Assembly: GCA_037190965.1 (NCBI GenBank) | Contig: JBBCKI010000048.1 | Span: forward strand, 64,001-128,000 | Source of the DNA: Chthoniobacteraceae bacterium | Lineage (GTDB): Bacteria > Verrucomicrobiota > Verrucomicrobiia > Chthoniobacterales > Chthoniobacteraceae | Length of the DNA stretch: 64,000 bases | Direction of reading: 5' to 3' | Shown here: in pieces, positions 28,176-37,633 of the stretch | Layout of the letters: each line of letters opens with the position of its first letter | Position numbering within the stretch: position 1 is the stretch's first letter | Position numbers and translations under genes: made by a program | The notes under the pieces: generated by a model | Told to the model about the DNA's origin: nothing | Database searches by the model: none | The model's input: only the letters and a program-made list of their open reading frames with translations

Positions 28176-28211
28176 GGAAAGCGGAGACTGGAGGAAAGGT
28201 TTCCGCTTTCC
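28176..28211. terminator. hairpin between the convergent oxidoreductase gene and rpoN
   Basis: GGAAAGCGGA...TTCCGCTTTCC inverted repeat. Confidence 0.6.
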
Positions 28212-29612
28212 CTAATAGCTTTTCCGCATGTTGCTCGGCAGGATGCCGAGTTCCGAGCGGTATTTGGCAACGGTGCGCCGGGCGATAGGGATGCCGCGAT
28301 CCGTCAGGATATCGACGATTTCCTTGTCGGAGAGCGGGTTGCGGGTGTCCTCTCCCCGCACCAGTTCGCCAATGGCGTTTTTCACGCTGGTATTGCTCAT
28401 CGCCTCGCCATCCGAGGTCTTGTACCCCGGCGTGAAGAAATATTTCATCTCAAACACACCCCATGGGGTGGCAATATATTTGCCGGAGATGGCGCGGCTG
28501 ACGGTCGTCTCATGAACCCCGACCGCGTCGGCAATTTGCACCATCGTCAGGGGCCGAAGGGCGGTCGGGCCCTGTTCGAAAAAATCAAGCTGCCGGGTTA
28601 AAATTTCGTGCGCGATATTGGAGATCGTCTGCTGCCGCTGATGGATGCTCTTGATGAGAAACTTGCCGCTGCGAATTTTATCCCGGATGTAGTCACGCAC
28701 ATCCATCGGGTTTCCGTCCCGAGCCATCAGGTCTTTGTAGGTATTGGAAATTCTTAGATGCGGAATCTGGTCGCCATTCAGCGTGACCTGCCAATCGCCC
28801 CCCGCTTTTTCAATCGCGACATCCGGCAGAACATAATTGTTCGGGTTCGGCGTAAAGATCTGCCCGGGCTTGGGGTCGAGCGATGCGATGAAGTTCGCAC
28901 ACCGTTGGATCTGTTCCACCGTGGTTCCCAACTTGCGTGCGATCTCGGGAAAACGCCGCTTCCCAAGGTCCTCCAGATGCGACGCCACGATGCGATACTC
29001 CATACTCCCCTCTTTGCCCAGCCGCCTAAGCTGGATAAGAAGGCAGTCCCGCAAATCGCGCGCACCCACGCCGACGGGATGAAAGCTCTGCACCACATCC
29101 AGAACGCTCCGGATGGATTCCACCGCAAGCCCGGTATTCTGCGCCATCTCTTCGACGGAGGCCTGAAGAAAACCGAGGTCGTCGATGTTGCCGATAATCA
29201 GTTCCGCAATCTTCCGGTTCTCAAGACCCACCTCGCTCGTCTGCAGCTGATCAAGCAGATGCGCCTGAAGCGTCTCCTGCCCGACGATTGAGTCGAAAAA
29301 GAACTGGCGGCGCTCTTCGTCCTCCTGCGAGCGGCTGGAGTACGCGCTGCTCTGAGACATGAAATCGCGCCATTCTTCATCCAGCTTGGCCAGATGATCG
29401 AACTCCTGTTGAAATTCGTCCAGCTCCCGCTGCTTGTCTTCAAGGCTTGGCTCGGTGCGCTCCTCCTCGATCACCGGATTGACGGCGAGTTCCGCCTGAA
29501 TCAAGGCCCTCAGTTCCAACATGGGAACTTGAAGGATTTGCAGGCTTTGCTGGAGCTGAGGCGCCAGCGTCTGCTGCATGGAGAGGTTCTGAACCTGTTG
29601 CATTCCGGCCAT
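28212..29612 (-). CDS. rpoN: RNA polymerase sigma-54 factor
   Basis: Q/L-rich region I (PQLQQSLQILQ), HETTVSRA and RpoN box ARRTVAKYR. Start is likely MAGMQQ. Confidence 0.97.
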   Translation of the reverse strand: MAGMQQVQNLSMQQTLAPQLQQSLQILQVPMLELRALIQAELAVNPVIEEERTEPSLEDKQRELDEFQQEFDHLAKLDEEWRDFMSQSSAYSSRSQEDEERRQFFFDSIVGQETLQAHLLDQLQTSEVGLENRKIAELIIGNIDDLGFLQASVEEMAQNTGLAVESIRSVLDVVQSFHPVGVGARDLRDCLLIQLRRLGKEGSMEYRIVASHLEDLGKRRFPEIARKLGTTVEQIQRCANFIASLDPKPGQIFTPNPNNYVLPDVAIEKAGGDWQVTLNGDQIPHLRISNTYKDLMARDGNPMDVRDYIRDKIRSGKFLIKSIHQRQQTISNIAHEILTRQLDFFEQGPTALRPLTMVQIADAVGVHETTVSRAISGKYIATPWGVFEMKYFFTPGYKTSDGEAMSNTSVKNAIGELVRGEDTRNPLSDKEIVDILTDRGIPIARRTVAKYRSELGILPSNMRKSY

Positions 29613-29646
29613 CCGGAGCAAAATACGAGGCAGCGTAATATGAGCA

Positions 29647-29662
29647 AGCAGAATCCGCGCCA
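29647..29662 (-). promoter_or_regulatory. sigma54 -24/-12 site upstream of rpoN
   Basis: TGGCGCGGATTCTGCT, exact GG-N10-GC spacing. Confidence 0.6.
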
Positions 29663-29736
29663 ACCCCTCGATAAAAATCAAAATACTGAACCTTTTATCT
29701 ATACTCCGCCCCGATTCCGGGATATACTTTCGCGCC

Positions 29737-30015
29737 ATGAAGATGACCCGCTCGCTCTACTTCCTGGCGATGGCAGGCGCGCTGACCCTTTTTGCGCTAG
29801 CTGATCCCGAACCAATCTTCGGACAGAATCTCCCAGTCGCCCAGGTCACCACGGAGGCCCCTCTGGAAGCGCTCATCACCGAACTCACCGCGCAAAACGC
29901 GGAACTTGCAAAGAACCAGGCAGAGATGGACGCAAAGATCGATCAAATCGCCGAAGCGGTCCGCCAAGCCCGGCTTTATGCGGCCCGCGCCGGCAAAGGA
30001 GGAGCCAAGCCATGA
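29737..30015 (+). CDS. small exported coiled-coil protein A
   Basis: Signal-peptide-like N-terminus; heptad LTAQNAELAKNQAEMDAKIDQI. Confidence 0.75.
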   Translation: MKMTRSLYFLAMAGALTLFALADPEPIFGQNLPVAQVTTEAPLEALITELTAQNAELAKNQAEMDAKIDQIAEAVRQARLYAARAGKGGAKP

Positions 30016-30248
30016 GAAACCCGATTGCACACCTGACCCTGGCAGCCACCCTCGCCACCCTTCTCCTCACCGGCGGCAGACTGATCTCCCAAACACAGCC
30101 GCTCGTCGCGAAATCGCCGGAGCAGAGATTGGCGGAACTCAAAGCCGCCAATGCCGAGTTGCTAAAAAAGCAAGCGACGACCCAGGAGAGGCTTGACGCT
30201 CTTCTGAAGGACGCGGAGCAGTTGCGGATCTTCGCGAAGAGAAGCTAA
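30012..30248 (+). CDS. small exported coiled-coil protein B (paralogue of A)
   Basis: ATGA overlap with gene A; heptad LKAANAELLKKQATTQERLDAL. Confidence 0.75.
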   Translation: MRNPIAHLTLAATLATLLLTGGRLISQTQPLVAKSPEQRLAELKAANAELLKKQATTQERLDALLKDAEQLRIFAKRS

Positions 30249-30272
30249 GAGGCGATGCCGCCGGAAGCCAGG

Positions 30273-30435
30273 TGGTGCGGCAGCACCGGTAGCCCGCTCG
30301 CGCCGCCGAGCGCGGGTATCGACTCCCGTGTGCTTTATGAGAGCCACATCCCAATGTCAGCAGCCCGTCCTGCGGGGATGGACGCGAAACGCGGCTCTTC
30401 ACCAATCCCGCGCTCGGCGGCGCGAGCGGGCTACC
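30273..30435 (+). repeat. REPIN-like copy 2
   Basis: Flanking hairpin, GGTAG at 30288, CTACC ending at 30435; spacer homologous to copy 1. Confidence 0.9.
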
Positions 30436-30574
30436 CTAGCCGGTCCTCCAATCGGTAACTTTGCGGTCCATGCACCCGGTTAAACAAAGGCAACCTGTTT
30501 TCGATTGAAAACGTAAGGGAATATCCTAGCTTCCACCCAGGTCACACCTTGGCCTACTGAAGCATATCGTCCAA

Positions 30575-31879
30575 ATGGCCTCTTTCGCGTACCTCTTCGA
30601 GCGCTTTCCCGCTCCCACCCAGACCTTTTGTTACCGGGAGGTAGCCGAGATGTGCAGGAAGGGAGTTGAACCGGCCATATTTTCGATCCGACGCCCCTCC
30701 GAGATTCCCTTGGATTGCCCCGAAGAAGTGATCCGCCTGATTCGCCATCTCCCCGAAGAAAGGACTCTCCGGAGTGAAATCGGGCGGTTGCGCGCCGAAC
30801 GCCGGATCGGACGCAAGGCGAGCAAGCAGCTTGCCCTTAACCCCAAGAGGGATGTCCTGCGGATCTACGAGGCGCTCTGGCTCGGCCCGCGTCTTCGGGA
30901 AGAGGGCATTCGGCACGTTCACGCCCACTTCGCCGGAATCGCCGCGCGCACCGCTTATTGGCTCAAAAAGCTCTACGGAATCAGCTATAGCTTTACCGGC
31001 CATGCCAATGATATTTTTTGCGAAACGAGCTTCCCCGTAACGCAGGTCGATCTCATTCGCGAAGCCGCGCTGGTGGTCACGGAAACCGACTACAGTTGCG
31101 ACTGGCTCAAGAAGCATTACCCCCAATGGGCCGGCAAATTCCATCGGGTCTATAACGGCATCGATTCGACCCAGCTTTTACAGGCGGCCCCCACTCCCGG
31201 CAGGCCGCATATCATCTCGGTGGGCCGCTGCATCGAAAAGAAGGGGTTTGCGGACCTGATCGACGCCTGTGCGTTGTTGCGGGATCGAGGAGTGGAGTTC
31301 GAGTGCTCCATCGTCGGCAGCGGGCCGCTGGAAGATTCGCTTCGCGCCCGGGTGACGGAGCGCAGCCTCGACGGAGTGGTCCGGTTGACCGGCTCGCAGC
31401 CGCAGGCGGAAGTACGCTCGCTTCTCTCACGCTCCCACGTCTTCGCACTTGCTTGCAGCACCGAGGCCAATGGAGGCATGGATAACTTTCCCACCGTGAT
31501 TGTCGAAGCGATGGGCAGTAGGCTCCCGATCGTTTCCACCCGCCTGGCGGGAGTACCCGAGATGGTCCAGGAGAACGTCAACGGGTTGCTCGTGAATGAA
31601 CGGGATCCGGCCGCTCTGGCCGTTGCAATCGAGACCCTGCTTGCCGATCCCGAGCGAGCGAGCCGATTCGGAGCTGCCGGGGTCAACCTCGTCGCCGAGA
31701 AATTTGTAGTATCCGTCACTACAGACAGCCTGATCAACCTGCTTGCAAGTCTCCCGCAGGTCCAGATGCCGCCACCCCACCCGCAGCGCAAGGCATCATG
31801 GCTTCAATGGCTGCGGGAACCCATCGCGAGCTTTTTGACCCTGGCCACCGTTGCGGACTCATCCACGATGGGAGCTTAG
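30575..31879 (+). CDS. glycosyltransferase family 4 (WcaL-like)
   Basis: RFP..QTF..RE, HVHAHF, SVGRCIEKKG and DNFPTVIVEAM motifs. Confidence 0.9.
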   Translation: MASFAYLFERFPAPTQTFCYREVAEMCRKGVEPAIFSIRRPSEIPLDCPEEVIRLIRHLPEERTLRSEIGRLRAERRIGRKASKQLALNPKRDVLRIYEALWLGPRLREEGIRHVHAHFAGIAARTAYWLKKLYGISYSFTGHANDIFCETSFPVTQVDLIREAALVVTETDYSCDWLKKHYPQWAGKFHRVYNGIDSTQLLQAAPTPGRPHIISVGRCIEKKGFADLIDACALLRDRGVEFECSIVGSGPLEDSLRARVTERSLDGVVRLTGSQPQAEVRSLLSRSHVFALACSTEANGGMDNFPTVIVEAMGSRLPIVSTRLAGVPEMVQENVNGLLVNERDPAALAVAIETLLADPERASRFGAAGVNLVAEKFVVSVTTDSLINLLASLPQVQMPPPHPQRKASWLQWLREPIASFLTLATVADSSTMGA

Positions 31880-31932
31880 AGCGCTCAAGAAAAGTCCGCA
31901 CAAGGACGAGTTGTTGAGAAGAAAATATTAGG

Positions 31933-32083
31933 GCCTTCGGCCATAGGCGGCGTCGTGGAACTCCGCCCTCCCTCTACCGCGCGGCAAGCGCGCGCAGGGT
32001 AAAAGCTTCTTGATCAACCAGAGTGAAATACCCTCCAACGGAGGGCGGAGCTCCGCGACGCCGCAACCCTTGCAGCCGAAGGC
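31933..32083. repeat. second inverted-repeat (REP-like) element
   Basis: GCGGCGTCGTGGAACTCCGCCCTCC (31947-31971) pairs with GGAGGGCGGAGCTCCGCGACGCCGC (32040-32064); outer GCCTTCGGC/GCCGAAGGC. Confidence 0.75.
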
Positions 32084-32092
32084 TCACTTTTT

Positions 32093-33313
32093 TCACAGCA
32101 TCTTTTGGAGGATCGCCTCCAGTTGCGCAGGGTCGATCCGCATGTCGTTGTTAAGGAGAGGATCGTCGTGAGCCGGCACAGCCTCTCCCACAAGCGCCTG
32201 ATAGCCTAGGCCCATCTGCAATGCCAGCGAACGAAAGTGAGTGGGGGCGTAATCGGGAGAAAAGAGTTCAAGCAACGTTGCAGGCCTCTCGCAGAAACAG
32301 AGATTGCTCAATCCACCCCCGTGCGGGGCGACAATGAACTCCGCCGAAGCAAAGAGCCTCGCCTGCTCCTGAAACCCGATATCGCCCAGTGTCGCCCGCT
32401 GAAACCCAAACCGGTCTAGTATCGGCATCAGTTCATGTTCATTGGTGATCCGGCGTACGGCCCTCACCGAGTCTTTGCGACTGATAACGAGGCGGATCCG
32501 TTGATTGGGCGAGACGGATGAAGGGCGATGAAGCTGCCGTAAAAAGGGAAAAACGAACGGGTGATGCTGCCGGTCATTGTTGGGGAAAGAAGCGGCGACC
32601 AGACTGTCGCATTCGACATGGCGCGTTTTCGTACACCAGACAATCTTCTCCCGGGGAATGCCCAGCAAATCGAGAGTCTCGTAATGCGGATCGTACTTCG
32701 GCTTGGTCATCAGAAAGCCGTCGAAATCCTTGATCCTGAACCCCGCCAGCCGAAGAACCTCGAGGCGGGCAATGTTATCGTACATCCAGTGGTAAGTGGA
32801 ATTTCCCGGACCGTTGAGAAGGGCATAACGGCCCCGCAAACGACGCAGGGGCGGCAATTCCGTCTCGCAAAGCAGCGGGTGATCCCAGGGCTCCCGGAAG
32901 AATACCCGGGAAACGTCGCTCAAAAGCACGTTGTCATTCGTCAGCACCGCCCCGTACCGCCCGATCATACGGCCAAATGGGATCTCGATGGCAAACTGGG
33001 CGGGAACCGTGAACGGACCGACCTGCCATTCTCCTTCCTCCAATATCGGGTGAGGGCAAATAAAGGGCTCCAGGGAAAACTCGCCCCGATAGGGAGGCGC
33101 CACCTCAACGAAACTCGAACGATTCCAGCATCCAAAATGCCAAGCCCGGGCCGTCTGACTTTCCACCGGAACCGGAGCTTTTAGTCCAATTCTTTTCGGC
33201 TTGCCGGGAATGGCGGGAATGGCGTTGACACCTTTGTTCACCAGGCGGGCGACGCGCATCCGAAAACGATTCTTAACGCAATCCCAATCCTGTTGCCCGC
33301 TTACGGTACTCAT
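32093..33313 (-). CDS. glycosyltransferase family 61 (DUF563) protein
   Basis: YHWMYD, ISRKD..RRITNE, EQARLF and APHGGGLSNL motifs. Confidence 0.88.
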   Translation of the reverse strand: MSTVSGQQDWDCVKNRFRMRVARLVNKGVNAIPAIPGKPKRIGLKAPVPVESQTARAWHFGCWNRSSFVEVAPPYRGEFSLEPFICPHPILEEGEWQVGPFTVPAQFAIEIPFGRMIGRYGAVLTNDNVLLSDVSRVFFREPWDHPLLCETELPPLRRLRGRYALLNGPGNSTYHWMYDNIARLEVLRLAGFRIKDFDGFLMTKPKYDPHYETLDLLGIPREKIVWCTKTRHVECDSLVAASFPNNDRQHHPFVFPFLRQLHRPSSVSPNQRIRLVISRKDSVRAVRRITNEHELMPILDRFGFQRATLGDIGFQEQARLFASAEFIVAPHGGGLSNLCFCERPATLLELFSPDYAPTHFRSLALQMGLGYQALVGEAVPAHDDPLLNNDMRIDPAQLEAILQKML

Positions 33314-33373
33314 TCTTTCCCCGGTGGATAGCTAGGGAAATACCCGCACGCAAGCGATATCTACCATTGGAGG

Positions 33374-33967
33374 CTAGTGAAAGCCTCCAACTCCCGCCGC
33401 CCAACCACCCAACAACGCTGCCAAAGCCTCCATCGGGAGACCGACCACGTTGGTCCGCGACCCTTCGATGCACTCGACCACGCTCTCCGGGCCGTCGTCC
33501 TGCGCGGCATAGGCTCCGGCCTTATCAAGCGGCTCAATGCGAGCCAGATAGCGGCGAATCTCCGCTTCGTCGAGGGGGCGGAATTTGACATGACTGACCT
33601 CGATGGAAGCCCGCGACCTTCCCGACGCCAGACAAATCGCCCAGATTGAAGAGTAAACCTCATGCACCCGGTTGCTCAGGCGGCTGAGCATGGCGAACGC
33701 GTCGTCCAGATCGCGCGGCTTGCCGATTGGCGCCCCATCCAGTGCCACAAGAGTATCGACCCCGATCACCAAGGCGTCGGGATTGCGCCGGGCGACGTCC
33801 AATGCTTTGAGCTTTGCGTTGAAAAGAGTGGTCTCCGCAACGGTAAGATGCGCCGGAGCGATCTCGTCCACCGTTGCCGGTTGTACGGTGAAGCGATACC
33901 CGTATTCCGTCAGCAATTGACGACGGCGGGGTGAGGAGGAGGCAAGAAGAAGGTGTTGCGAATTCAT
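33374..33967 (-). CDS. maf: Maf family nucleotide pyrophosphatase
   Basis: LASSSPRRRQLL, GVDT, GKP, DKAGAY and NVVGLP motifs. Confidence 0.93.
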   Translation of the reverse strand: MNSQHLLLASSSPRRRQLLTEYGYRFTVQPATVDEIAPAHLTVAETTLFNAKLKALDVARRNPDALVIGVDTLVALDGAPIGKPRDLDDAFAMLSRLSNRVHEVYSSIWAICLASGRSRASIEVSHVKFRPLDEAEIRRYLARIEPLDKAGAYAAQDDGPESVVECIEGSRTNVVGLPMEALAALLGGWAAGVGGFH

Positions 33968-34220
33968 CGGATCACTCGGCGCAGTCCCGGGAAAGGACGG
34001 ATCCTGACAAGTCGCGCTTACAGCCGCGTTCACGACCTTTTTACAACCGGTCTGCCGCCGTTTCCGATACTCTATCCTATTTTTCGAGGCTCTGCCGCCT
34101 TTTTTTTGCCTCCGCGAGGCCCCGAGGAACCGATTATAGTCCCGGAATTAATTTCCGGGATGTAAAGGAACGCCGCTCCAGTGCATCCGGAGAGGATTGG
34201 GATGCGCTCCCCTCCTGCTA

Positions 34221-34898
34221 TTACTCCCCGGCTCCAGGCATTGTCGGCATCGACATCGCCTTGTAACCGGCGGGAACCGCGAATTCCGAATCGTTAACCG
34301 GCTCATCCTTGAGCGACATCAGCGTGGTGGTCACCTTCTGTCCCGCGCCCATCTCGACCTGAGTCTTCACCGGGACGCCGGGGAAATCTTCGGGCTGCGG
34401 CGCGGCTTCCCGCGCCATCTTGCTCAGCGCGGAACCCTGCATCTTTTTGAAAAAATCCAGAAACTTTGCGCCCTCGGGATAGTCTTTTGCAATCCAGTAG
34501 GTGGCCTTCTGATCGCCGACAACGGTGGTGTAGATCTCCGTCTCATATCCATTGACGGTTTCCTTCTTGCCGGTCGGTTGCAGCGTCACCTTCTCGTTGC
34601 CCGACTTGCCGCTCTGCGCCGCGGCGTTCTTGAGCATCTGCGCCGTCATGGCGCCGCTGACCTGCATGTAAACCTTTTGAGAATGCATGAGCGTCGTCAT
34701 GTCTCCGGACTCGGTGTCGGTCATCACGGAGGCCTCCTTGGAGATATCGATTCGCAGCTTGTTCCCCTTCATCTTGACGGTCATTTCGCCATTCTGGCCG
34801 AGGCCGCCACCCTCAATGCTTTGAACCATCACGAGATCGGCATGGAGGAAAGCGGAAGAAAGGAGCGCGAGCGCACAAGAAAGGAGGGAGGTTTTCAT
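34221..34898 (-). CDS. exported DUF4412-like protein
   Basis: Signal peptide; TGKKETVNGYET and FAVPAGYK motifs. Confidence 0.75.
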   Translation of the reverse strand: MKTSLLSCALALLSSAFLHADLVMVQSIEGGGLGQNGEMTVKMKGNKLRIDISKEASVMTDTESGDMTTLMHSQKVYMQVSGAMTAQMLKNAAAQSGKSGNEKVTLQPTGKKETVNGYETEIYTTVVGDQKATYWIAKDYPEGAKFLDFFKKMQGSALSKMAREAAPQPEDFPGVPVKTQVEMGAGQKVTTTLMSLKDEPVNDSEFAVPAGYKAMSMPTMPGAGE

Positions 34899-34957
34899 GA
34901 GATGCACGGAAGTATGGATAAACGCTGTAAAAAAACAACAGCGCTGTTTTCAGGGAA

Positions 34958-35443
34958 TCAGCTTCCCTGATCCTCGGTGGACACCCTACTTTCGGCCTTC
35001 CCGGATTGGGACTCTTCCAACGCCTGTTCGAACGCGCGCCACGCCAGCATGGCACACTTGACGCGCTGGGGGAATTTGCGAACGCCGCTCAGCACATTCA
35101 AATCGCCCAGTTCGCGCGGCCCGGGCTCTTCTCCGGTTTCTCCCGGCTTTCCCGCAACCCGGTCGTGAAAGAGTTGAGCCAACCGTTGAGCCTCGCCCTT
35201 CGGCTTGCCCTTGAGCTTGAGTGTCATCATCGAGGCGGATGCCTGGCTGATGGCGCAACCGTGCCCGGTGAACTTGATTGCCTCGACGGCTTCCGGACCG
35301 AACTTCACATGCAGGTGAATCTCGTCACCGCACGAAGGATTATCGCCGTGCACATGCACGGCGTCCCCCTCCAGTTCCCCAAAATTGCGGGGGCGCTTGG
35401 AATGGTCGAGAATCAGCTCCTGGTATAGTTCTTCGAAGTTCAT
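34958..35443 (-). CDS. sufU: SUF-system NifU-family protein
   Basis: LYQELILDH, NPSCGD, GCAISQASAS and RVKCA motifs; overlaps the sufS stop. Confidence 0.93.
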   Translation of the reverse strand: MNFEELYQELILDHSKRPRNFGELEGDAVHVHGDNPSCGDEIHLHVKFGPEAVEAIKFTGHGCAISQASASMMTLKLKGKPKGEAQRLAQLFHDRVAGKPGETGEEPGPRELGDLNVLSGVRKFPQRVKCAMLAWRAFEQALEESQSGKAESRVSTEDQGS

Positions 35444-36678
35444 CGGAAAAAACGGTCAATTTCGGCCAAAATGACGGCCATCCGGTCGATCTCGGCCTCG
35501 GTGTTGTAGAAATAAAAACTCGCCCGAGCGGAAGAACTCAAGCCGAGTTTGCGCATCAGAGGCTGGGTGCAATGATGCCCGCCGCGCAACGCGAGACCCC
35601 GCTGGTCGGCCAGCGTGACGACGTCGTGCGCGTGCGCGTTCTCCATCACGAAACTGACGACGCCACTTCGGCTCTCGCTCCCCAGCGGCGGCCCCAGAAC
35701 GCGAAGGCCGGGGATTTTCGCCAGCTTCTCGTGCGCATAACGGCCCAGATGCCGGTCATGCGCGAAGATCGCATCGCGCCCGATCCCTTCGAGATAATCC
35801 ACCGCCGCGCCCAGCGCGATGGCATCCCCGATATTGGGAGTCCCCGCTTCGAAACGATGCGGCGGCTGCTTCCAGGTGCTTTTCTCGTACTGGACGCTCA
35901 GGATCATCTCGCCGCCGCCGTGCCACGGAGGCATGGCATCGAGAAGCGCGCGCCGCCCATAAAGAACGCCAATGCCGGTCGGCCCGCACATCTTATGGCC
36001 CGAGAGGGCCAGGAAATCGCACCCGAGCGCCTGCACATCGAGCGTGCAATGCCCCGCGCTCTGGGCGGCATCCACTAGCGTCACCGCTCCCACTTCACGC
36101 GCGGCGCGGCAAAGGACCTCGGCCGGGTTGATCGTCCCGAGGGAGTTGGAAATATGCACGAAGGAAAAGAGCTTCACCTCGGGCGTCAAAAACTCCCCGA
36201 GACGTTCCAGATCCAGCTCGTGCCGGTCATTGATCGGGAGAAAGCGAAGCTTCACGCCGGTACGCTCCGCCAGAAGCTGCCATGGCACCAGGTTGCTGTG
36301 ATGCTCCATCTCGGTGAGCAGGATTACATCGCCCTCGCGCAAAAATTTTGCCCCCCAGGTCTGGGCAACCAGGTTTATGCTCTCCGTGGTCCCCCGGGTG
36401 AAAATGATCTCCTCCTCGCTGGGCGCATTCAGGTACCGGGCAATCCGCGTGCGGGAGGCCTCGAACTCCGCCGTCGCCCGGGCGCTCAACTCGTGCATCC
36501 CCCGGTGGACATTGCTGTTGTCCCGCTCGTAATAATGCCGGAGCGAATCGATCACCCCCTGAGGCTTTTGCGAGGTGGCGGCGTTGTCGAAGTAGATCAA
36601 CGGCTGCCCGTGGACCTGCTGGTCGAGGATCGGAAAATCGGCCCGGATTGTGTTCCAGGAAAAGGTTGGATGGTTCAT
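35440..36678 (-). CDS. sufS: group II cysteine desulfurase
   Basis: YFDNAATSQKP, EHHSN, SGHKM and RGGHHCTQPL motifs. Confidence 0.95.
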   Translation of the reverse strand: MNHPTFSWNTIRADFPILDQQVHGQPLIYFDNAATSQKPQGVIDSLRHYYERDNSNVHRGMHELSARATAEFEASRTRIARYLNAPSEEEIIFTRGTTESINLVAQTWGAKFLREGDVILLTEMEHHSNLVPWQLLAERTGVKLRFLPINDRHELDLERLGEFLTPEVKLFSFVHISNSLGTINPAEVLCRAAREVGAVTLVDAAQSAGHCTLDVQALGCDFLALSGHKMCGPTGIGVLYGRRALLDAMPPWHGGGEMILSVQYEKSTWKQPPHRFEAGTPNIGDAIALGAAVDYLEGIGRDAIFAHDRHLGRYAHEKLAKIPGLRVLGPPLGSESRSGVVSFVMENAHAHDVVTLADQRGLALRGGHHCTQPLMRKLGLSSSARASFYFYNTEAEIDRMAVILAEIDRFFR

Positions 36679-36768
36679 CGTCGGCTTCCTTTAGTCTCAA
36701 CCGAAAAACCGGGCGAGCCAAGCCTCTTCCGCAAAAGATGTCTCGCGCCAAGCCTCTTCTGCAAAGAA

Positions 36769-36802
36769 GGCGGCGTTCCGCCTCAAAAGGCAGAACGCCG
36801 CC
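36769..36802 (-). terminator. hairpin downstream of the HdeD-family gene
   Basis: GGCGGCGTTC...GAACGCCGCC inverted repeat. Confidence 0.55.
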
Positions 36803-36833
36803 CGTTTTCCCCTACCGAAATGATCGGATCAAA

Positions 36834-37427
36834 TCAGGCCAACCCGGTCGCTCCATGCGTCCCAGGCAGCGGTCCTTCCGAGTGATGAACCGAGAACGCG
36901 AACGTGGACCACCAGATCCCCCTAAAGACAAGGGCGATGCCTACCGCCATCCCCAGGAACCAGAACGCCGAGAACGGCCAGGACACCAACAGGATCACCC
37001 CGAGCACAAAATCAATAATCCCGCTGAACACGGCCCATCCCCTGTTGGGCAGCCTCAACATCAATGCCGAAAAGACCCGAACCGGGCCACCCACCAGAAA
37101 GAAAACGGCAAGGATGAACGTCAGTCCCGCCGCGCCTGCAGCCGGAAACGCGATCAACAACGCGCCGCAGACAATATCTAGGATACCCGTGAAAAGGTGC
37201 ATCCAGAGATCGCCGTGACGCCCTCTCTGAAAGGAATTGCTGATCTCGAAGATTCCCCCGATCAGAAGCACGATTCCCAAAGCCCATACGGCGGCCAGCG
37301 TGGCGGCAAACGTCATGGAGAGCGCGATCAGCCCCAAAATGATGAGTGCAATACCGAGCGCCAACAACCAACCCCAGTGGTAGTGCCCGAACTCGGCCTC
37401 ATCCGGTAAATTCATTCCAATAGCCAT
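36834..37427 (-). CDS. HdeD/DUF308 family membrane protein
   Basis: Six hydrophobic helices, WGWLLALG start, FLGMAVGIALVFRG. Confidence 0.85.
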   Translation of the reverse strand: MAIGMNLPDEAEFGHYHWGWLLALGIALIILGLIALSMTFAATLAAVWALGIVLLIGGIFEISNSFQRGRHGDLWMHLFTGILDIVCGALLIAFPAAGAAGLTFILAVFFLVGGPVRVFSALMLRLPNRGWAVFSGIIDFVLGVILLVSWPFSAFWFLGMAVGIALVFRGIWWSTFAFSVHHSEGPLPGTHGATGLA

Positions 37428-37633
37428 AGTATTCCCCCTATGCCAAGAGAACGCGTGCCGGGGCGACTCAGGCTGTGTTGAAAGGGACTTCGCCCATTTT
37501 CAGCCCGCAACCAGGTCGGCGAACCTACCAATAAAATCGGCGGTTTGGACCATTGCCGCCTCTTCCCTTGCAGGTCCACTCCATGAGAAAGTGGCGGCAA
37601 AGCCAAACTCAAATCAGATCAAAAACCAGCACC

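Noticed and set aside
30255..30458. Short ORFs sharing WCGSTGSPLAP (also 38425-38703 and 42184-42504)
   Set aside because: These are translations of the REPIN-like repeat. Frames diverge after the repeat unit, so this is not a peptide family.
37441..37460. Possible sigma54 site upstream of the HdeD-family gene (CGGCACG...)
   Set aside because: The GG-N10-GC spacing is not met.
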